A stretch of DNA of 64,000 nucleotides from Octopus bimaculoides (lineage: Eukaryota). Each line of letters starts with the position of its first letter. The stretch's first letter is position 1. Made by a program: the position numbers and the translations under genes. A model generated the notes under the pieces. The model did not search any database. It was not told the DNA's origin and worked only from the letters and a program-made list of their open reading frames with translations. Where the stretch lies: positions 102,584,105-102,648,104 of the forward strand of contig NC_068982.1 of assembly GCF_001194135.2 (NCBI RefSeq), read 5' to 3'. Positions 1 through 14,859 of the stretch are shown here, piece by piece.

Positions 1-44
1 CCAACCTTACCATTGCTCTCTTTATCTTTTTATTTTTATATATT

Positions 45-79
<35 letters not shown>

Positions 80-752
80 GGTTTATTTCAAGATTTCTTG
101 CCAATACAGAAAGAACCAGTTTCTAAACCAGATCCAAGGTTCCTTCATTGGAACTTCAACATCAACAACAGGATATTTTTGTTTGTATGTATGTATGTAT
201 GTGAATATGTATGTGTGTATATGTATGCATGTATGTATGTTTGTATGTATGTATATGTATGTATGTATGTATGTATATATGTATGTATGTGTAGATTTGT
301 ATGTTTTATGTATGTATTCTTATGCATATAGTTACATAGCTAGTCATGCTCATATATTTAAATGATAAACTTCTGGAAAGTTTTAGATTTTTATAGTTCC
401 AGTGATGGATTGGATCTATAGTCTTCGAATTAGCTTTCTCCTTTCTGGTTTCGAGAAGCCTAATTTCTCGAGATTGGTATTTAGGCAGCATGTTACATAT
501 CCCAGGGCCCCAATGATTACAGGTATGAATCTGAACTTGCAATCTAGATAGAGTAACTGCAGATTTCTCAATAGTTCGGCATAGGGGTTCTCTTTTTCTC
601 GGATCTTCAGCTTTATGTTAACATCCGCTGGGCAGCTGATTTCCACTACTGTGCACAGTTTCTCTTCTCTATCCCAAATCATTATATCAGGTCTGTTGTG
701 CTTACATTTTATTGAGGTCTTCACTGGTACATTCCACCAGTATTCTTTTTTA
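80..752 (-). mobile_element. 5'-truncated R4/Dong-type (RLE-encoding) non-LTR retrotransposon, 3' end
   Basis: Minus-strand translation KKEYWWNVPVKTSIKCKHNRPDIMIWDREEKLCTVVEISCPADVN...KENPYAELL...FIPVIIGALG has the PD-(D/E)xK restriction-like endonuclease signature (RPD...VEISCP...IGALG). It has a premature stop at 416-418 and ends near 358. The putative 3' UTR is interrupted by (TACA)n and ends in (TA)n. Confidence 0.85.
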
Positions 753-1617
753 CTATGAGTGTATGTGTGTATGTGTGTGTGTGTGTGTACATGTACATAG
801 ATATATATATATATATAAATACATATATATAAATACATATATAGAGGGAGATATAGATGTAAATATATGCATACATACATATACTGTACATATAAGGCAC
901 ACATACGCATACACACGCACACACACGCACACAGACACGCACACACAAGCTAACACACACATGCACGTATATGTATATATGTGTTTGTGTGTGTGCGTAT
1001 GTGTGTGTGTGTGTGCGTGTGTGTGTGTGTGTGCGCGCGCGCGTGTATGTGTGTATGTATATATAGTTTATTTTCCCTGTTACCACGGTGTTTTTCCCGA
1101 AGTTTTGCCAGTTCCTCATACAAAAACTGAGTGGATATTGGATGAAGATACAATACTAATTAAAAAAATTCGTGTGTGTGTGTGTATACCTATATACACA
1201 TGTATGTATATTATGTATCAGTATACGAAGAATATACGTACGAAACTAATCAATTGAGGGTACAATGAGATAAGTACAGTGATGTATTGTTGTAATGTAA
1301 TATAACTTCTTTGAAGTTGAAACTCCACAAGTCGCTACTCTAAGTTTCATGTTGACCGATTCTTAAACAGCCTATCAGTAACTGTTAATGCGCCAGACAG
1401 AATGTCTAGCGGTATTTGTTCCGACTGTCTAACCTATGAGTACCAGTCCGAGACGTTGTGTCGACGGAAGAGTAATAAGAGTGGACTGGATGTCTATTGG
1501 CTTTGGTTCCGATCCTTTGTGTTTAAGTTCAAATCCGGTTCTGATACACTCCGCCAATATTCCTTTTTGTTATAAGTGCTATGGTTTATATATGTATGTA
1601 TGTATGTATGTAGACGC

Positions 1618-1676
<59 letters not shown>

Positions 1677-2019
1677 CAGATGCATATATATGCATACATA
1701 TAGTGTACATATCATATATGCACATACACGTACACTCATGTATATACATGGGTAGTAATCTCAATCCATCATTCGGTTTAACCTCACCACCTGGGACCCT
1801 TATGCCTCTAGCAGAGTCCATTCTGTTGAAACCATTCTAGACAGGTTTCTGGTTTGAGGATACATTTCTTCCCTCCAACAAGCCTCAGGTGCCCTATGAA
1901 GATACTTTCTTTCCTCCTGACATTAAAAGAAATACATTCTATTTTTGTTTTTTGTCAAGTCATAAAATCATTGCTCTCTTTTGTTAACTCTCGATGTATT
2001 AAGATGAATGGTGCTAATT

Positions 2020-2660
2020 TTGTTGGTATGATAATAAGTAGACTAGATTTTGCTCAGATGTTTTATCTTGTTCTTATATTTTATATTCTACAAGAAAATA
2101 TATTTTTACACCGTGTTTCATATTAAGATAAGTAACTTATTAATACTCAACTGTTAGATAAGTCCAACATTATAATGAAGAGTTAAAAGGCAATGGCATT
2201 AACGATAATTTTATTTATATAACTAATGATATATATTTTCAGCCACAGAAAAGTAAAAAAATGCAATATTATTTGGTTTAAGGCTTCATTTAGCTTTAAT
2301 GTAAGTCCTCGTATCGGTAAACACTTCCTTTCTTTACCAGATAAATATTTACCGAAAATCCTTAGATTTTATAAGGTGTTTTAATAGGAATAACGTTAAA
2401 TTAAGTTTTAGTTATACACAAAATTTTGCTACATATTTACATATAATAGTAAGAATTTTAGACGGCTACCTACATCAAAGTCTTCCCGTTTTTGAAGTTT
2501 GTTTTAATGATAGAAAATATCCATTAAATAATTTGTCTTTCGAAGTTGATCGTTTATTGCGAGAAGGCATTTACATTAATGATTGTTTCTTAAGATTATA
2601 TCGGATTGACTAAATATCCTTTTAGATTAAGATTTTAATAAACTTCCAGAATCTAATATA
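2020..2660 (+). mobile_element. Degenerate Penelope-like element (late RT, linker, GIY-YIG)
   Basis: IIWFKASFSFNVSPRIGKHFLSLPDKYLPK from 2268 matches the PLE IIWFNPP...IGKxFL motif. After a frameshift comes YKVFNRNNVKLSFSY, then DYIGLTKYPFRLRF at 2594-2635. Multiple stops and frameshifts. Confidence 0.65.
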
Positions 2661-2873
2661 CCGACTGAAGGCCTTAAAGATCATGTGGTAAAAATTTGGC
2701 AAAAATAAAACAAAATATCTATATCAGAAACAAAAAAAAATCTGATATAGTTCTTGTATAAACTAACATATACGTATATACAGACAACTACAATTTATCT
2801 CATAAGTAGCTATAAAATTCATTTGGATTATGTTTCTCCTTTCCTCTCTTCTTTTCCTTTTTGCTCTCTTCTT

Positions 2874-2916
<43 letters not shown>

Positions 2917-3314
2917 ATCGCTGGTTCCTCGTGTGCCATGTCTACAGACTTCACTGATCACGGACCTACATATTAAAATCTAAAGACTCGTGATATTTCT
3001 TGAGAAGGATACAGCAATTGGCTTTTTTATAATTTACTCTGGATGCTAATTTATAGTTTATTTTACTAGTCTCCTGCTATCCTGAGCTAACCCTTGCGGC
3101 ACATGGCTTATTTAACCTTTGGTAAGTGCACTGGTTCAGCTGACACCAGGGAATATTCAAATACCAGTGGATCTATGTGATCAGAATCTGGCAACCAACG
3201 TCTTTCCGAGTCCAGTTTATCTTAGCCACAAGGCCTCTGTTTGATCCTATTTGTGAGAAAATAACGAATGAATGAATGAATGAATGAATGAATGAAAGTA
3301 AGAGAGAAAGACAG

Positions 3315-3414
<100 letters not shown>

Positions 3415-3495
3415 GAATTGATGTTTCTCAAAGAATGATATTTGTCTATGTACTAAACGGATATGACGTTGATGAAAGGCAACAGAAGCAACATG

Positions 3496-3498
<3 letters not shown>

Positions 3499-3532
<34 letters not shown>

Positions 3533-3534
3533 TG

Positions 3535-3602
<68 letters not shown>

Positions 3603-3639
3603 TAGAAGGGGAGAAGAAGAAGAAGAAGAAGAAGAAGAA
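3499..3639. repeat. (GTA)n followed by (GAA)n microsatellite
   Basis: Directly visible; explains the poly-Val/poly-Glu ORF 3463-3648. Confidence 0.97.
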
Positions 3640-3739
3640 CGCCTTTGATAGATCTTTTGAATTAATGCCTAAATGTGTCTAATATGACCTCGACAGATTT
3701 TGAACTCAAATAAAACGGTATCTACATTGAAGAAAGCCA

Positions 3740-4808
3740 TCAAAGTATAAAACAGATGCAAGTAATAGGCCAGTAGAGTGATTACGAAGAAGCAACAACG
3801 GGATTTGTTACAAAGGGAATTAAAACTTAGCTGGAAACGTGGCTCTTATACCGAATAGTTGGGAAGAGAAATCCGTACGCGGCCAATACAGTTCGAAGGT
3901 GAAGTGACTAAAGAAAAATACAACACTTAACTAGCTGAGAAGTACAGAGCAGAAGGTCGCCACCGAAAGATTTTATACCTTGATACAAGATCAAATTGAT
4001 CCCACCAGAAAACATCGGAAATACGTCTTGACGTAGAATACAATAAGTAAAAACAAAATATGTAGAGGTTAGGTAGAATCAAATAATCACTGTGTTTCTA
4101 GTTAAGTACTGGTCAAAATAGGATACATATAAAGGTGTGGCGGAATTGGTGTTTTCATACAATAAAAATTAGGACACCGTTATTAATTAGAGCAGACAAA
4201 AATGGTATGGTATAAATACTCACCAGATATTGGCTCACAGAATTGGAAAACCGTACACTAGGGTATGTGTTCTTCTTGGTAATTTCTCGAGTCTTAGAAA
4301 GACGATTTCACAATTCCTTGTTGAACAACAAGCACAGGTGATTTGTTTAAAGTGTTTAAATGCTTGTGGCCGGGGATATGCCAGTACACACAAACATGAT
4401 ATATAAAGTTAAGGAATATCAAGATGTGAACTGCTTCGTGATTAGTGTATCACTCACAGCAGGCGTTAATTTATCTCACAAAGAAACTTAGAAATTACTA
4501 CTCTATAAAGATATTGAAATAAAGACAAGCAGAATATGGAGTTCAAAAACAAAAATATTCCTCAAATATTAAGTGCCTTGAAAATATTTTAGGAATATAC
4601 AAATAAACACATAACCAAAACTTCACGCAGAGAAAATGGTGCTATACACATATTATGTAGAGAGTACATAATATACAACAACATCAGCAAAACAGCAACA
4701 TAACCAAGACTCACATAGCTGTGTTTAGTTATGCTGTAAAACCACGTTTAAAAACAAGCCTACTGTAAATAAATAAGAAATTAATAATAAAATAATAATG
4801 ATAGTAAT
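3740..4808 (+). mobile_element. Highly degenerate R4/Dong-type LINE 3' region (zinc knuckle plus RLE) with decayed (TAA)n tail
   Basis: Frameshifted fragments WEEKSVRGQY, LRSTEQKVATERFYTLIQDQIDPTRKH..KICRG*VESNNHCVSS, DMPVHT, CFVISVS and YKDIEIKTSRIWSSKT resemble the R4-clade order WxEKPLHG / AAQDQSLPTR / CRIC..H..SGC / WDMPVHT / KYKDLEIE..RMW. AATAAT-rich tail at about 4783-4808. Confidence 0.65.
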
Positions 4809-4978
4809 GACACTTTTTATTCTCTTCTTCCAAATAGCTAAACAGAAACAGTTTTCTGTCTAATGTTGATGGAAGATTAACATTTATAAAATATTAAAAT
4901 ATATCCTAAAATGATGGGCCTTATGAATCATGTACAAGTTTTGCATAATAGTCCCCAGAGAAACAAAGCTTTCACTCG

Positions 4979-5025
<47 letters not shown>

Positions 5026-6871
5026 CATTATTATTATTATTATTATTATTATCATCTTATACTTTATCGCTATGTATTCCAAGTTTGTTTTTCTTGATTG
5101 TTTGTGTGTTGTTTGTGCAGTACTTTATATTTTATCTGTTTTTCATTTTATTTTTCCTTTTCTCTTTCTTCTCGATGGATAAATCGTCACATTAAAAAAA
5201 AATTCCTTTTAAAAACGTAGTCTATAAACTGAAAGTTATTAACCATTATAAATACATTTCCTTCATAGTAATTTCCTTGTCTTTACTAATATTTTTATCG
5301 TCGTCAACCTCACCATCATCATCATTATAGGGCATAATCTTTCACATCCATCATTATCATCCTAATCATTGTCGTATTTGTTGACATGACATCATCGTCG
5401 TCGGAACGGCTGCTGTTGTCATCGTGTCATTGTTGTTGTTGTTGTTGATGTTGTTTTTCGTCGTCGTCGTGACGCACTACTGATTGGCTGAATCTCGTTA
5501 TGACAAAAGATGTTTTAATGATTGAAGAAATCATTACGATTGCATCAAGTATAACCCTAACCCTAACCCTTCCCCCTTCATCGTCAACACCCCCTCATAA
5601 GCTCATCCCACCACACCCCAACACACTCCTACTCTACCTTCCCACTCCACCCCATTCAATTCCTTACCCACATACCCCTACCTCTACCCCACCCTCAGCC
5701 TAACCCACACTCCACCCATGCCTTCCCCACCTCCCAACACCCTCACATCACATCACACCAATACCCTCGCATCACACCACGCATACACTACAACTGACCA
5801 ACTCCTTTCTCCCCTCCCCATTTTNNNNNNNNNNNNNNNNNNNNNNNNNNNNNNNNNNNNNNNNNNNNNNNNNNNNNNNNNNNNNNNNNNNNNNNNNNNN
5901 NNNNNNNNNNNNNNNNNNNNNNNNNNNNNNNNNNNNNNNNNNNNNNNNNNNNNNNNNNNNNNNNNNNNNNNNNNNNNNNNNNNNNNNNNNNNNNNNNNNN
6001 NNNNNNNNNNNNNNNNNNNNNNNNNNNNNNNNNNNNNNNNNNNNNNNNNNNNNNNNNNNNNNNNNNNNNNNNNNNNNNNNNNNNNNNNNNNNNNNNNNNN
6101 NNNNNNNNNNNNNNNNNNNNNNNNNNNNNNNNNNNNNNNNNNNNNNNNNNNNNNNNNNNNNNNNNNNNNNNNNNNNNNNNNNNNNNNNNNNNNNNNNNNN
6201 NNNNNNNNNNNNNNNNNNNNNNNNNNNNNNNNNNNNNNNNNNNNNNNNNNNNNNNNNNNNNNNNNNNNNNNNNNNNNNNNNNNNNNNNNNNNNNNNNNNN
6301 NNNNNNNNNNNNNNNNNNNNNNNNNNNNNNNNNNNNNNNNNNNNNNNNNNNNNNNNNNNNNNNNNNNNNNNNNNNNNNNNNNNNNNNNNNNNNNNNNNNN
6401 NNNNNNNNNNNNNNNNNNNNNNNNNNNNNNNNNNNNNNNNNNNNNNNNNNNNNNNNNNNNNNNNNNNNNNNNNNNNNNNNNNNNNNNNNNNNGTAGGGTG
6501 GTTGCCTTTAATTATGAAGATAACATAATGTACTTCTCCAAAATAGCATGCAGTGAGACTAAACCCGTGAATGCATAGTTACGAAGGGAATTCTGAGCAC
6601 ATACAGCCATGCCAGTACTTAAATATATTTTAATGTGATATAATATAATGTAATATATACTTTTATATCTACATGTATGTGTGTGTATGTGTGTGCATGT
6701 GGGTGTGTATCTGCATGTATGTACTTACAATAATACACCATGGCTGCAAATACTGAAGGCGAATAATGTTCATTTAAGTTCTGAAACAATGATGGGCTCT
6801 GTTCAAAACAGAATTCCAAGAATTCAAATTAATCAAATATGCCACGCGTCCTACACTCTTTTATTTGATTT

Positions 6872-6908
<37 letters not shown>

Positions 6909-6934
6909 GAGAGAGAGAGAGNNNNNNNNNNTAT

Positions 6935-6994
<60 letters not shown>

Positions 6995-7899
6995 TGATAT
7001 GCATTTAACACATCAACAGATGTTGAATTGATGAAAAACGTTCTCAACCGTTTATTCAATATTTTGCAGAAACGTTCGTCTAACATTGGCTTTCATACAT
7101 TGGACAGGTTGAAGTTGTCGTGGTCGTATTTATCTCTCTGGTAGATTGTTGATGTTGTAGTTTATTCTTCTTTTGTTCCAGTCATTCTTGGTCCAGCAGA
7201 CTTATGTTTGAAGGAGTTGTAGCTTGAGCTGTTCTTCCCTTTATATTTAGACAGTTTATCTAGAAATATATTATCTAAGGTGTCCATCTTTTGAAGCGTT
7301 TGCGTCTGAATTGTGAAAGAGTTTGTCAAAATTTCTAGCAGATCAAATGATAATGTAAGCACTCTTTCATTAGCTTTGTCCAATGTTCGGGAGACATGTG
7401 GTATGTTTCATAAGTATTTGCCAGTCTGTTTGTAGAAAGATTTCGCGCTAGTATCGATAAACTTGACGCCTTGTTTCGATACGCTGAATTCATCGATCCT
7501 TATTGCAAATGGTAAACGTTCTAAAACAGCAAGCGCTGACTAAATGCGGGGAGAAGGTTTAAATCTTTAAAAAATACCTGGATCTTGAAGAGGCAAAGCA
7601 AGAGTGATAACTCACATCTACAGAAGACGGGCAGAAAGTGATAACTTCTTTTCTCAATAAATCGAAACAAACTAACTCCAATGAAATCTCGGTGAATGAA
7701 AATTGGAAAAAAGTACGAGATGAGACGAAAAATTTATCTGACATTTGGCAGATATGATGATAACGCAGATATAATGATAACGCAGATATAATTAGACCTT
7801 CTAGCTAACCCAGAGTCTGTACCACTAACTTCATAATGTAGCGAGTTAGAAAGTTTTATTAAATGAAGTTTCTATTTGAATTGAAGGAAAGTAAATATT

Positions 7900-8111
7900 C
7901 ATTTCTACTCTAGGCACAAGGCCCGAATTTGGGGGAAGGGGGACAGTGGATTAGAGGACCACAGGACGCAACTGGTACTTAATTTATTGATCCGGAAAGG
8001 ATGAAAGGCAAAGTCGACCTCGACTGAATTTGAACTCAGAGCATAAAGATAGAAGAAATACCGCTAAGCATTTCGCCCGGCGTGCTAACGATTCTGCCAG
8101 CTCGCCGCCTT
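7900..8111 (-). mobile_element. tRNA-derived SINE, family A, near full length, 16-bp target-site duplication
   Basis: Minus strand begins AAGGCGGCGAGCTGGCAGAATCGTTAGC (A-box-like) with GAGTTCAAATTC (B-box-like). It is homologous to copies at 29715, 53251 and 61300. Perfect flanking repeat AAGGAAAGTAAATATT at 7884-7899 and 8112-8127. Confidence 0.9.
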
Positions 8112-8570
8112 AAGGAAAGTAAATATTAAACTAATACTTCCCTCAAGCCGCTATATGAGTCAGTATTTGGTGTATTTTGGGTATAAGATTAAGATACATA
8201 AAGAATTTAAAATTTGTAGAAAGTAATCAGGTAAGGGAAAGTAGTTGTATCATCTCAAGCGAACAATACGTGTGACTCCGGGTAAAACTCTCCTCAGATA
8301 TATTTCCCATATTAAACACAACATACAGAGATTGAGGTTTTAACAGTGTTACCGAAAAATCTTATACGAATCGATTAAATACATTCAACAAAAAAAAAAA
8401 GAAAATCGAAAAGTTGTTCTCGAGTGACCAGATCCCAATCTATCTATAATATGAGAAAGTTTAAGTACTTAAGAATATTTACTTTTTATCCTTCTGCATT
8501 CTAAGTTCAAAGTTTAACTGCATCAAGCCAACGTTGCTCTTGCAAGTTGCTCAAAATAGAAACCAAAAAT

Positions 8571-8636
8571 GTTGAGGGTAACCTGATGAGTTCATTACCT
8601 TTTTGTTAATGAAGCGAAATAACTATTATTTTCAAC
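8571..8636 (+). ncRNA. Degenerate type-I hammerhead ribozyme-like motif
   Basis: CTGATGA (8583-8589), stem II G-TTCATTA/TAATGAA-(G)C, GAAA (8616-8619). The flanks GTTGAGGGTAA and TTATTTTCAAC pair with three G-U wobbles. The stem III and cleavage-site register is imperfect. Confidence 0.5.
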
Positions 8637-9149
8637 ATTATCAACGTCTCTTACTTTTTTCTTTTCTCATAACGATAATCATTTTATTATAATGATAGTT
8701 GTGGTTGTGATTGTTTTGGTCGTGGTGATGGTGGTAGTGGTTTTTGTGGTAGTTGTCGCTGTGGCGGTGATAGCAGTAGTAGTGACGCCGATGGGGTAAC
8801 AGTGTTGATGTTATTTATGGTAGAATTGATGGCGGCGGTTGTGACAAACAGTTGGTACTTGCTGGTTGTTGGATGGCGGTTATAATGTTATCAGCTTCAT
8901 TAAATTAGCATAGAAATCATCAGCAGTAGCCGGATAACCATAGAGGCTTACAGTTGCCAAATTATAAACGGTGACAACAGCCACATAAACAATAACAACA
9001 ACAGCCACAACTACGACAATAACCACGTCAGCAGTAACAACAACAGTAATAAAAAACGACAAAAACGATAAGACTTCCAGCATGCGAAGTTTATAAATGT
9101 GAAGATTATTTCTATATTTATTATTGAAATAATACAAATACAAACACAT

Positions 9150-9218
<69 letters not shown>

Positions 9219-10219
9219 CATATGCATAAATATATATACATACATATGCGAAGACTATTAGAATAAAATAAAATAAAAATAAAATTATGGGGAAACGTTA
9301 GAAGAAAATATACGAAAATGAAACACGAAGACAATAAATTCATATTTCTAGTCGTTTTCCGGAAGAAATTGTGAGTTATTGAAAAACAAATGTTGCTTAA
9401 AATGAACAAGAAAAACGAAACAAAACGAAAATAACAGACAACAGCAAATAAATCAATAACAGAAAAGACGAAATATAGGAAAACAAAGAGGACAGAAGGA
9501 AAGAAAGAAAGATGGGTAAGAGGGTGGGATCAAGTGGAGTGTCAGATCGAGCGAAAAGGTAGAAGAGGCGAGGTAGGAGGGACAGAAATTCTATAGATTT
9601 TGACACATGTCAGTGATGTTATCCTTAGTGAAATTAATAACATTTTCAAAACTTTACTGGAAACTTCCCATTTTGTACGTGAGTGCGCGTGCTTGTTCGT
9701 GCATACGTTTGTGAGACTGTGTGGGTGAGGCTGATTGGAGTTTGAGAGTGTTTATGCTTGTATTCGTAGACGTGTGTGGGCATATGTGTGTGTGTATGAC
9801 TATACATATGCATGTATGTATATATGAATATATGTATATTTATACAGACATTATATACATATTTACATACTTAATATATGTATATAGATATACACAGATA
9901 TATAATATATATGTATATATATATACATATATATGCATACATATATATACATATATATATACATGCATACGTATAGATATGCCTACATATANNNNNNNNN
10001 NNNNNNNNNNNNNNNNNNNNNNNNNNNNNNNNNNNNNNNNNNNNNNNNNNNNNNNNNNNNNNNNNNNNNNNNNNNNNNNNNNNNNNNNNNNNNNNNNNNN
10101 NNNNNNNNNNNNNNNNNNNNNNNNNNNNNNNNNNNNNNNNNNNNNNNNNNNNNNNNNNNNNNNNNNNNNNNNNNNNNNNNNNNNNNNNNNNNNNNNNNNN
10201 NNNNNNNNNNNNNNNNNNN

Positions 10220-10250
<31 letters not shown>

Positions 10251-10567
10251 ATGTTTATGAATAGTATGTATATAGATGTATATAAATTTGTGAAAATTAT
10301 ATATTAAATAATAACCAAGCAACAACGACAAACAAATGTTTTCATTTTATTTTTTAATAAACAATTAGAACTAGATGATCTATATGTCTATGTGTCTCAA
10401 GAGCTGAAGAAAGAAAAACACGGCTGATTGTATGGTTACTCTTGGCTTGAATGGTCTGTGAACTTATTGTTATTGTTATATTTTTTTTCCTATTACAGTG
10501 ATTATTGCTGAAAAAGGGGAACACTGAAAATAGTTAAAAGATCTCTTTTATATATTCTTATTCACAG

Positions 10568-10703
10568 CTGTGGGTTTAAGACTTTCACTCTGCAACTACA
10601 CAATGCCGATATCAAACCCAACGCTCACCACGTCGCTTAGTGTCTTCTACAGCAGCCTCTGGTTGCCCCAGGCCTTGGAAATGAAACTGGGTAGATATGG
10701 AAT
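10568..10703 (+). mobile_element. Degenerate SINE family C fragment
   Basis: AGTGTCTTCTAC..AGCC...GCCTTG motif shared with the copies at 46577, 52649 and 57260. Confidence 0.5.
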
Positions 10704-11334
10704 TTAGTGGGGACTGTATATGTTTTGGGGTGTTAGATTTGTCCCGCCAACCTCGGTTACTGTTAGCAGAATCCACTCTGTTATAAGCGTCCAGACATTC
10801 TCTAGTGTGATGATAACATATTCTGTGACATTGATTCCTATTACAGTAGCGCTTAGTTGATTTTTCTTCTTCTCCTCCCCCTTATTGGTGGTCCTGCAAA
10901 GGTTAAAGGTATTGCTCTTCCTCGTCTGACTAAGCCATAAAACAAACATATCTCACGATCTGGTTTTGATACTATCTTTTTATACATATTTTTCATATAG
11001 CTTTTGTTGATGTTGTTCTTCTTGGTGGTGGTGGTGGTGGTGGTGGTGTCGGTGGCGGCGGCGGCGCTGCTGCTGTTGGCGGCTGTGTGGAAATATTCAT
11101 AAATATTTTTTTCGGTGACATGCGTGGAAAAAATAACCTTTAACTAAAAAAAAAGCGCAAATATTACTTGCATATGCGAAATTAATGAGAAAATTGAACA
11201 ATTTCGCTGCTTTTATTTCGCTTCTCCAAATAAATTAATTGAAAATCATTTCATCTGAGACTAGCATGTGACGAATGGACGGACAGAAAATATATATCTG
11301 TTATTATGATACGGTTCTTGTTATGATATAGATT

Positions 11335-11870
11335 ATTATTATTATTATTGAGTGAGAGAGCAGTGCATGCCATCAAAGTGACACTGCGGTACAAATGTCC
11401 GAAGCCCAGTATACCCATCATGACTACCCATCTGATAACATGTACCACGACCATATGTGCACGATATGGTGATCCCATATCAAAGTATACAGCGCATGAC
11501 CTTGCAGATGGGGCCCAGTTAGAATTTTCTTCACTTCGAGTAACCCATCCCATTCAAAAGGTGCCGGAATCAGGTTTGTTTAAGGATGTTGAACGTGACA
11601 CCCATGTTTCCAGAGGTGAATAATTCAAACCCCAAAGAATTCCGCTCACCCAGTAAACCTGCTCGTGATCAGAGGTGCACAAATAATCAGTCACTAAGAG
11701 ACATGCTCAACTGGTTAAGGTCAAACAACTGATATGCACATCTGTGGTACTGAGCAGAATACTTGCTGTAGCCCATCTTTTATACCAAGACAAAACAATA
11801 TACATGACAACACTTCCAGTCAGTTAAGATGAAAAGCCATGAGAGGCAACTATATCTGGACTATTGGCCT
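11335..11870 (-). mobile_element. Interspersed repeat (SINE-like or non-autonomous retroelement) with (TAA)n tail
   Basis: Non-coding block of higher GC ending, on the minus strand, in an (AAT)n run at about 11335-11349. Single copy in this window, so the family is not confirmable here. Confidence 0.45.
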
Positions 11871-12031
11871 TAATTTCTCTATCTATGTGTATTGGTATAT
11901 CCCATAGTATTGTTGTTTTCTCATTTTCTGTGACTTTTCTAGCGTGTGCCTATAACATCTTTTTTTCTGTTGTTATTCCATAGTGTTGGCATAGCTTCCA
12001 GTGTATGTAGGTCCGAACTCTGTCGTGTCAC

Positions 12032-12830
<799 letters not shown>

Positions 12831-12886
12831 GTTCGTGTAGTTCTTATTACATAACTTGATCTATGAATTAAGAGTTTCTCCTTTAT

Positions 12887-12929
<43 letters not shown>

Positions 12930-14428
12930 TATGTGTTTGAATCTCCATATTTAGATAAATGGTGAACGAAAGGTAGAGTTGGTCAAGCATATCTCAATAG
13001 GTAATATTTGCACTAGAGATATTATCTACAGTCAACCAGGATTCGAAAACATAAATTATGTATTTGTCATAATTTTGCTTCTTGTTGCGCGAATCATGCC
13101 GTACGTTGGGATAATATTTACGTAATTGATTCCACAAGTCTTATATTTTAGTGAAAGTTGAAACGAAGTATTAGAGGTGATCATACTTTTCTCAAACGGT
13201 ATCAACAGTAACTAAGCTTCTACCTCACCCTCGACTTACCTCGATTTTCTTATTTGCTTTACACCAAAACTAGAAGCAGTACACAAGTACTTTTAATATA
13301 ATGCTGTTTTTGTCGTTAACCCCCGGGGTAAACTTAATCGAGCAGACCTTTGATAAAAAGCATTCCAAATTTTATTATTTCGTCTCTTATCTTACCTCGA
13401 ACTACATTGTTCTTCCTACTTTAAAACGGTACAGTATGGCACCAGGAATATTTCGCCGCTATATCTAGTAACTGAGTGTTCATGTAGAAGCTTCCCCGTC
13501 CGCAAGGCTGTTGTAGTTAGTGTAGCGTAATGTAGCGCTTTGAACTGTCATAACTAATAGTTTCGGCATGCACACCATAACTGATAGCAAATTTTACTTC
13601 CACTATATATCTTTTTTTCTTTTTTCTCTTTTCTAAAGAGTAGCGATCCTTCATATAACACTGCAATAGAGATGGTAACATTACCAGATATTTTTTTCCC
13701 ATTGTTAATGTTATTTTACTGCAGCTTGAATAAAAAGTATCATTCATCATATTTTTCGAACGTGACTACGAATGTGTATAATGAAAATGGAAAAAAAAAA
13801 TATCAACTTTGCGGCAACAGTTGCCTGCTTGTGTGTGTATTTTGCTGTTTCAGCCTGTGTTTCGGTGTACGTGAATAACAGTCTATTTCACAGCTCCCCC
13901 ATACCCGCTATTGCTTCTCTGGCTAGCTCAAATGACCTTGACCTTAACTTAACCTTAAACCTTACATCTACTAGGAAACGTCTCTTCTGTAAACATGTAT
14001 GAAATATCGAATGATTTTCGCTATCAGATAGACAGAAATCGGAAAATAAAATAAAAAGGCAATGGTTGAAGAGAAAGAGAGGAATCCATCAAAATCTAAG
14101 AGAATGCGGATATGAGAGTCGTGGATAAAAATAAAATAGATTAAGTGATTTCCATTAAGTAGATTACAGTTACAAGTGTTAGTAATAGACACTTCAGTCA
14201 ATAATCGTGGCATTTTCGTCGACTGGAATCACTCGATATTTGCTATTCAATTACTAAACAAACTCAACATCTTCAAATTATCAAGCCGCAAAATGCTACT
14301 AAGAGGGATTCATATATTAGTTCTTTCAGCGATGACTAATCCCACATTAGTATAATTAATTAGTACGTCTCTATATTATAGTCTTCCATATTTTTAACAG
14401 TTCTATAATTCTGGAAAGTATATAATAC

Positions 14429-14500
<72 letters not shown>

Positions 14501-14859
14501 TTGCAAGATTTTTGTGCGTGTGTTTTTATTGGCAAAACTGGCAAATGACCATCCCCAAGTACAACAACATATATGTATATATATATATATATATATGTAT
14601 GTATATACATATATCTATCTTTCTATCTATCTTTCACTTTATAAGTATATGTATAAGGAGAGAGAGACACACACACAGACAGAGATAGAGACAGAGACAG
14701 ACAGACAAACAGACAGCTCGATAGATGCAGATATAAGGGACGCACACAAATGCATATATATATATATATATATGGATGGTGACTGAACCAGCAACACTAC
14801 TTTAGGTCTCACTTTTATGTATGAATGGTGGAATAATACCTTGACAACACAAACTATCG

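Noticed and set aside
7020-7560. Possible PLE N-terminal region (NLSN..LDERFCKILNK) on the minus strand
   Set aside because: Only one weak motif; cannot be supported without a profile search.
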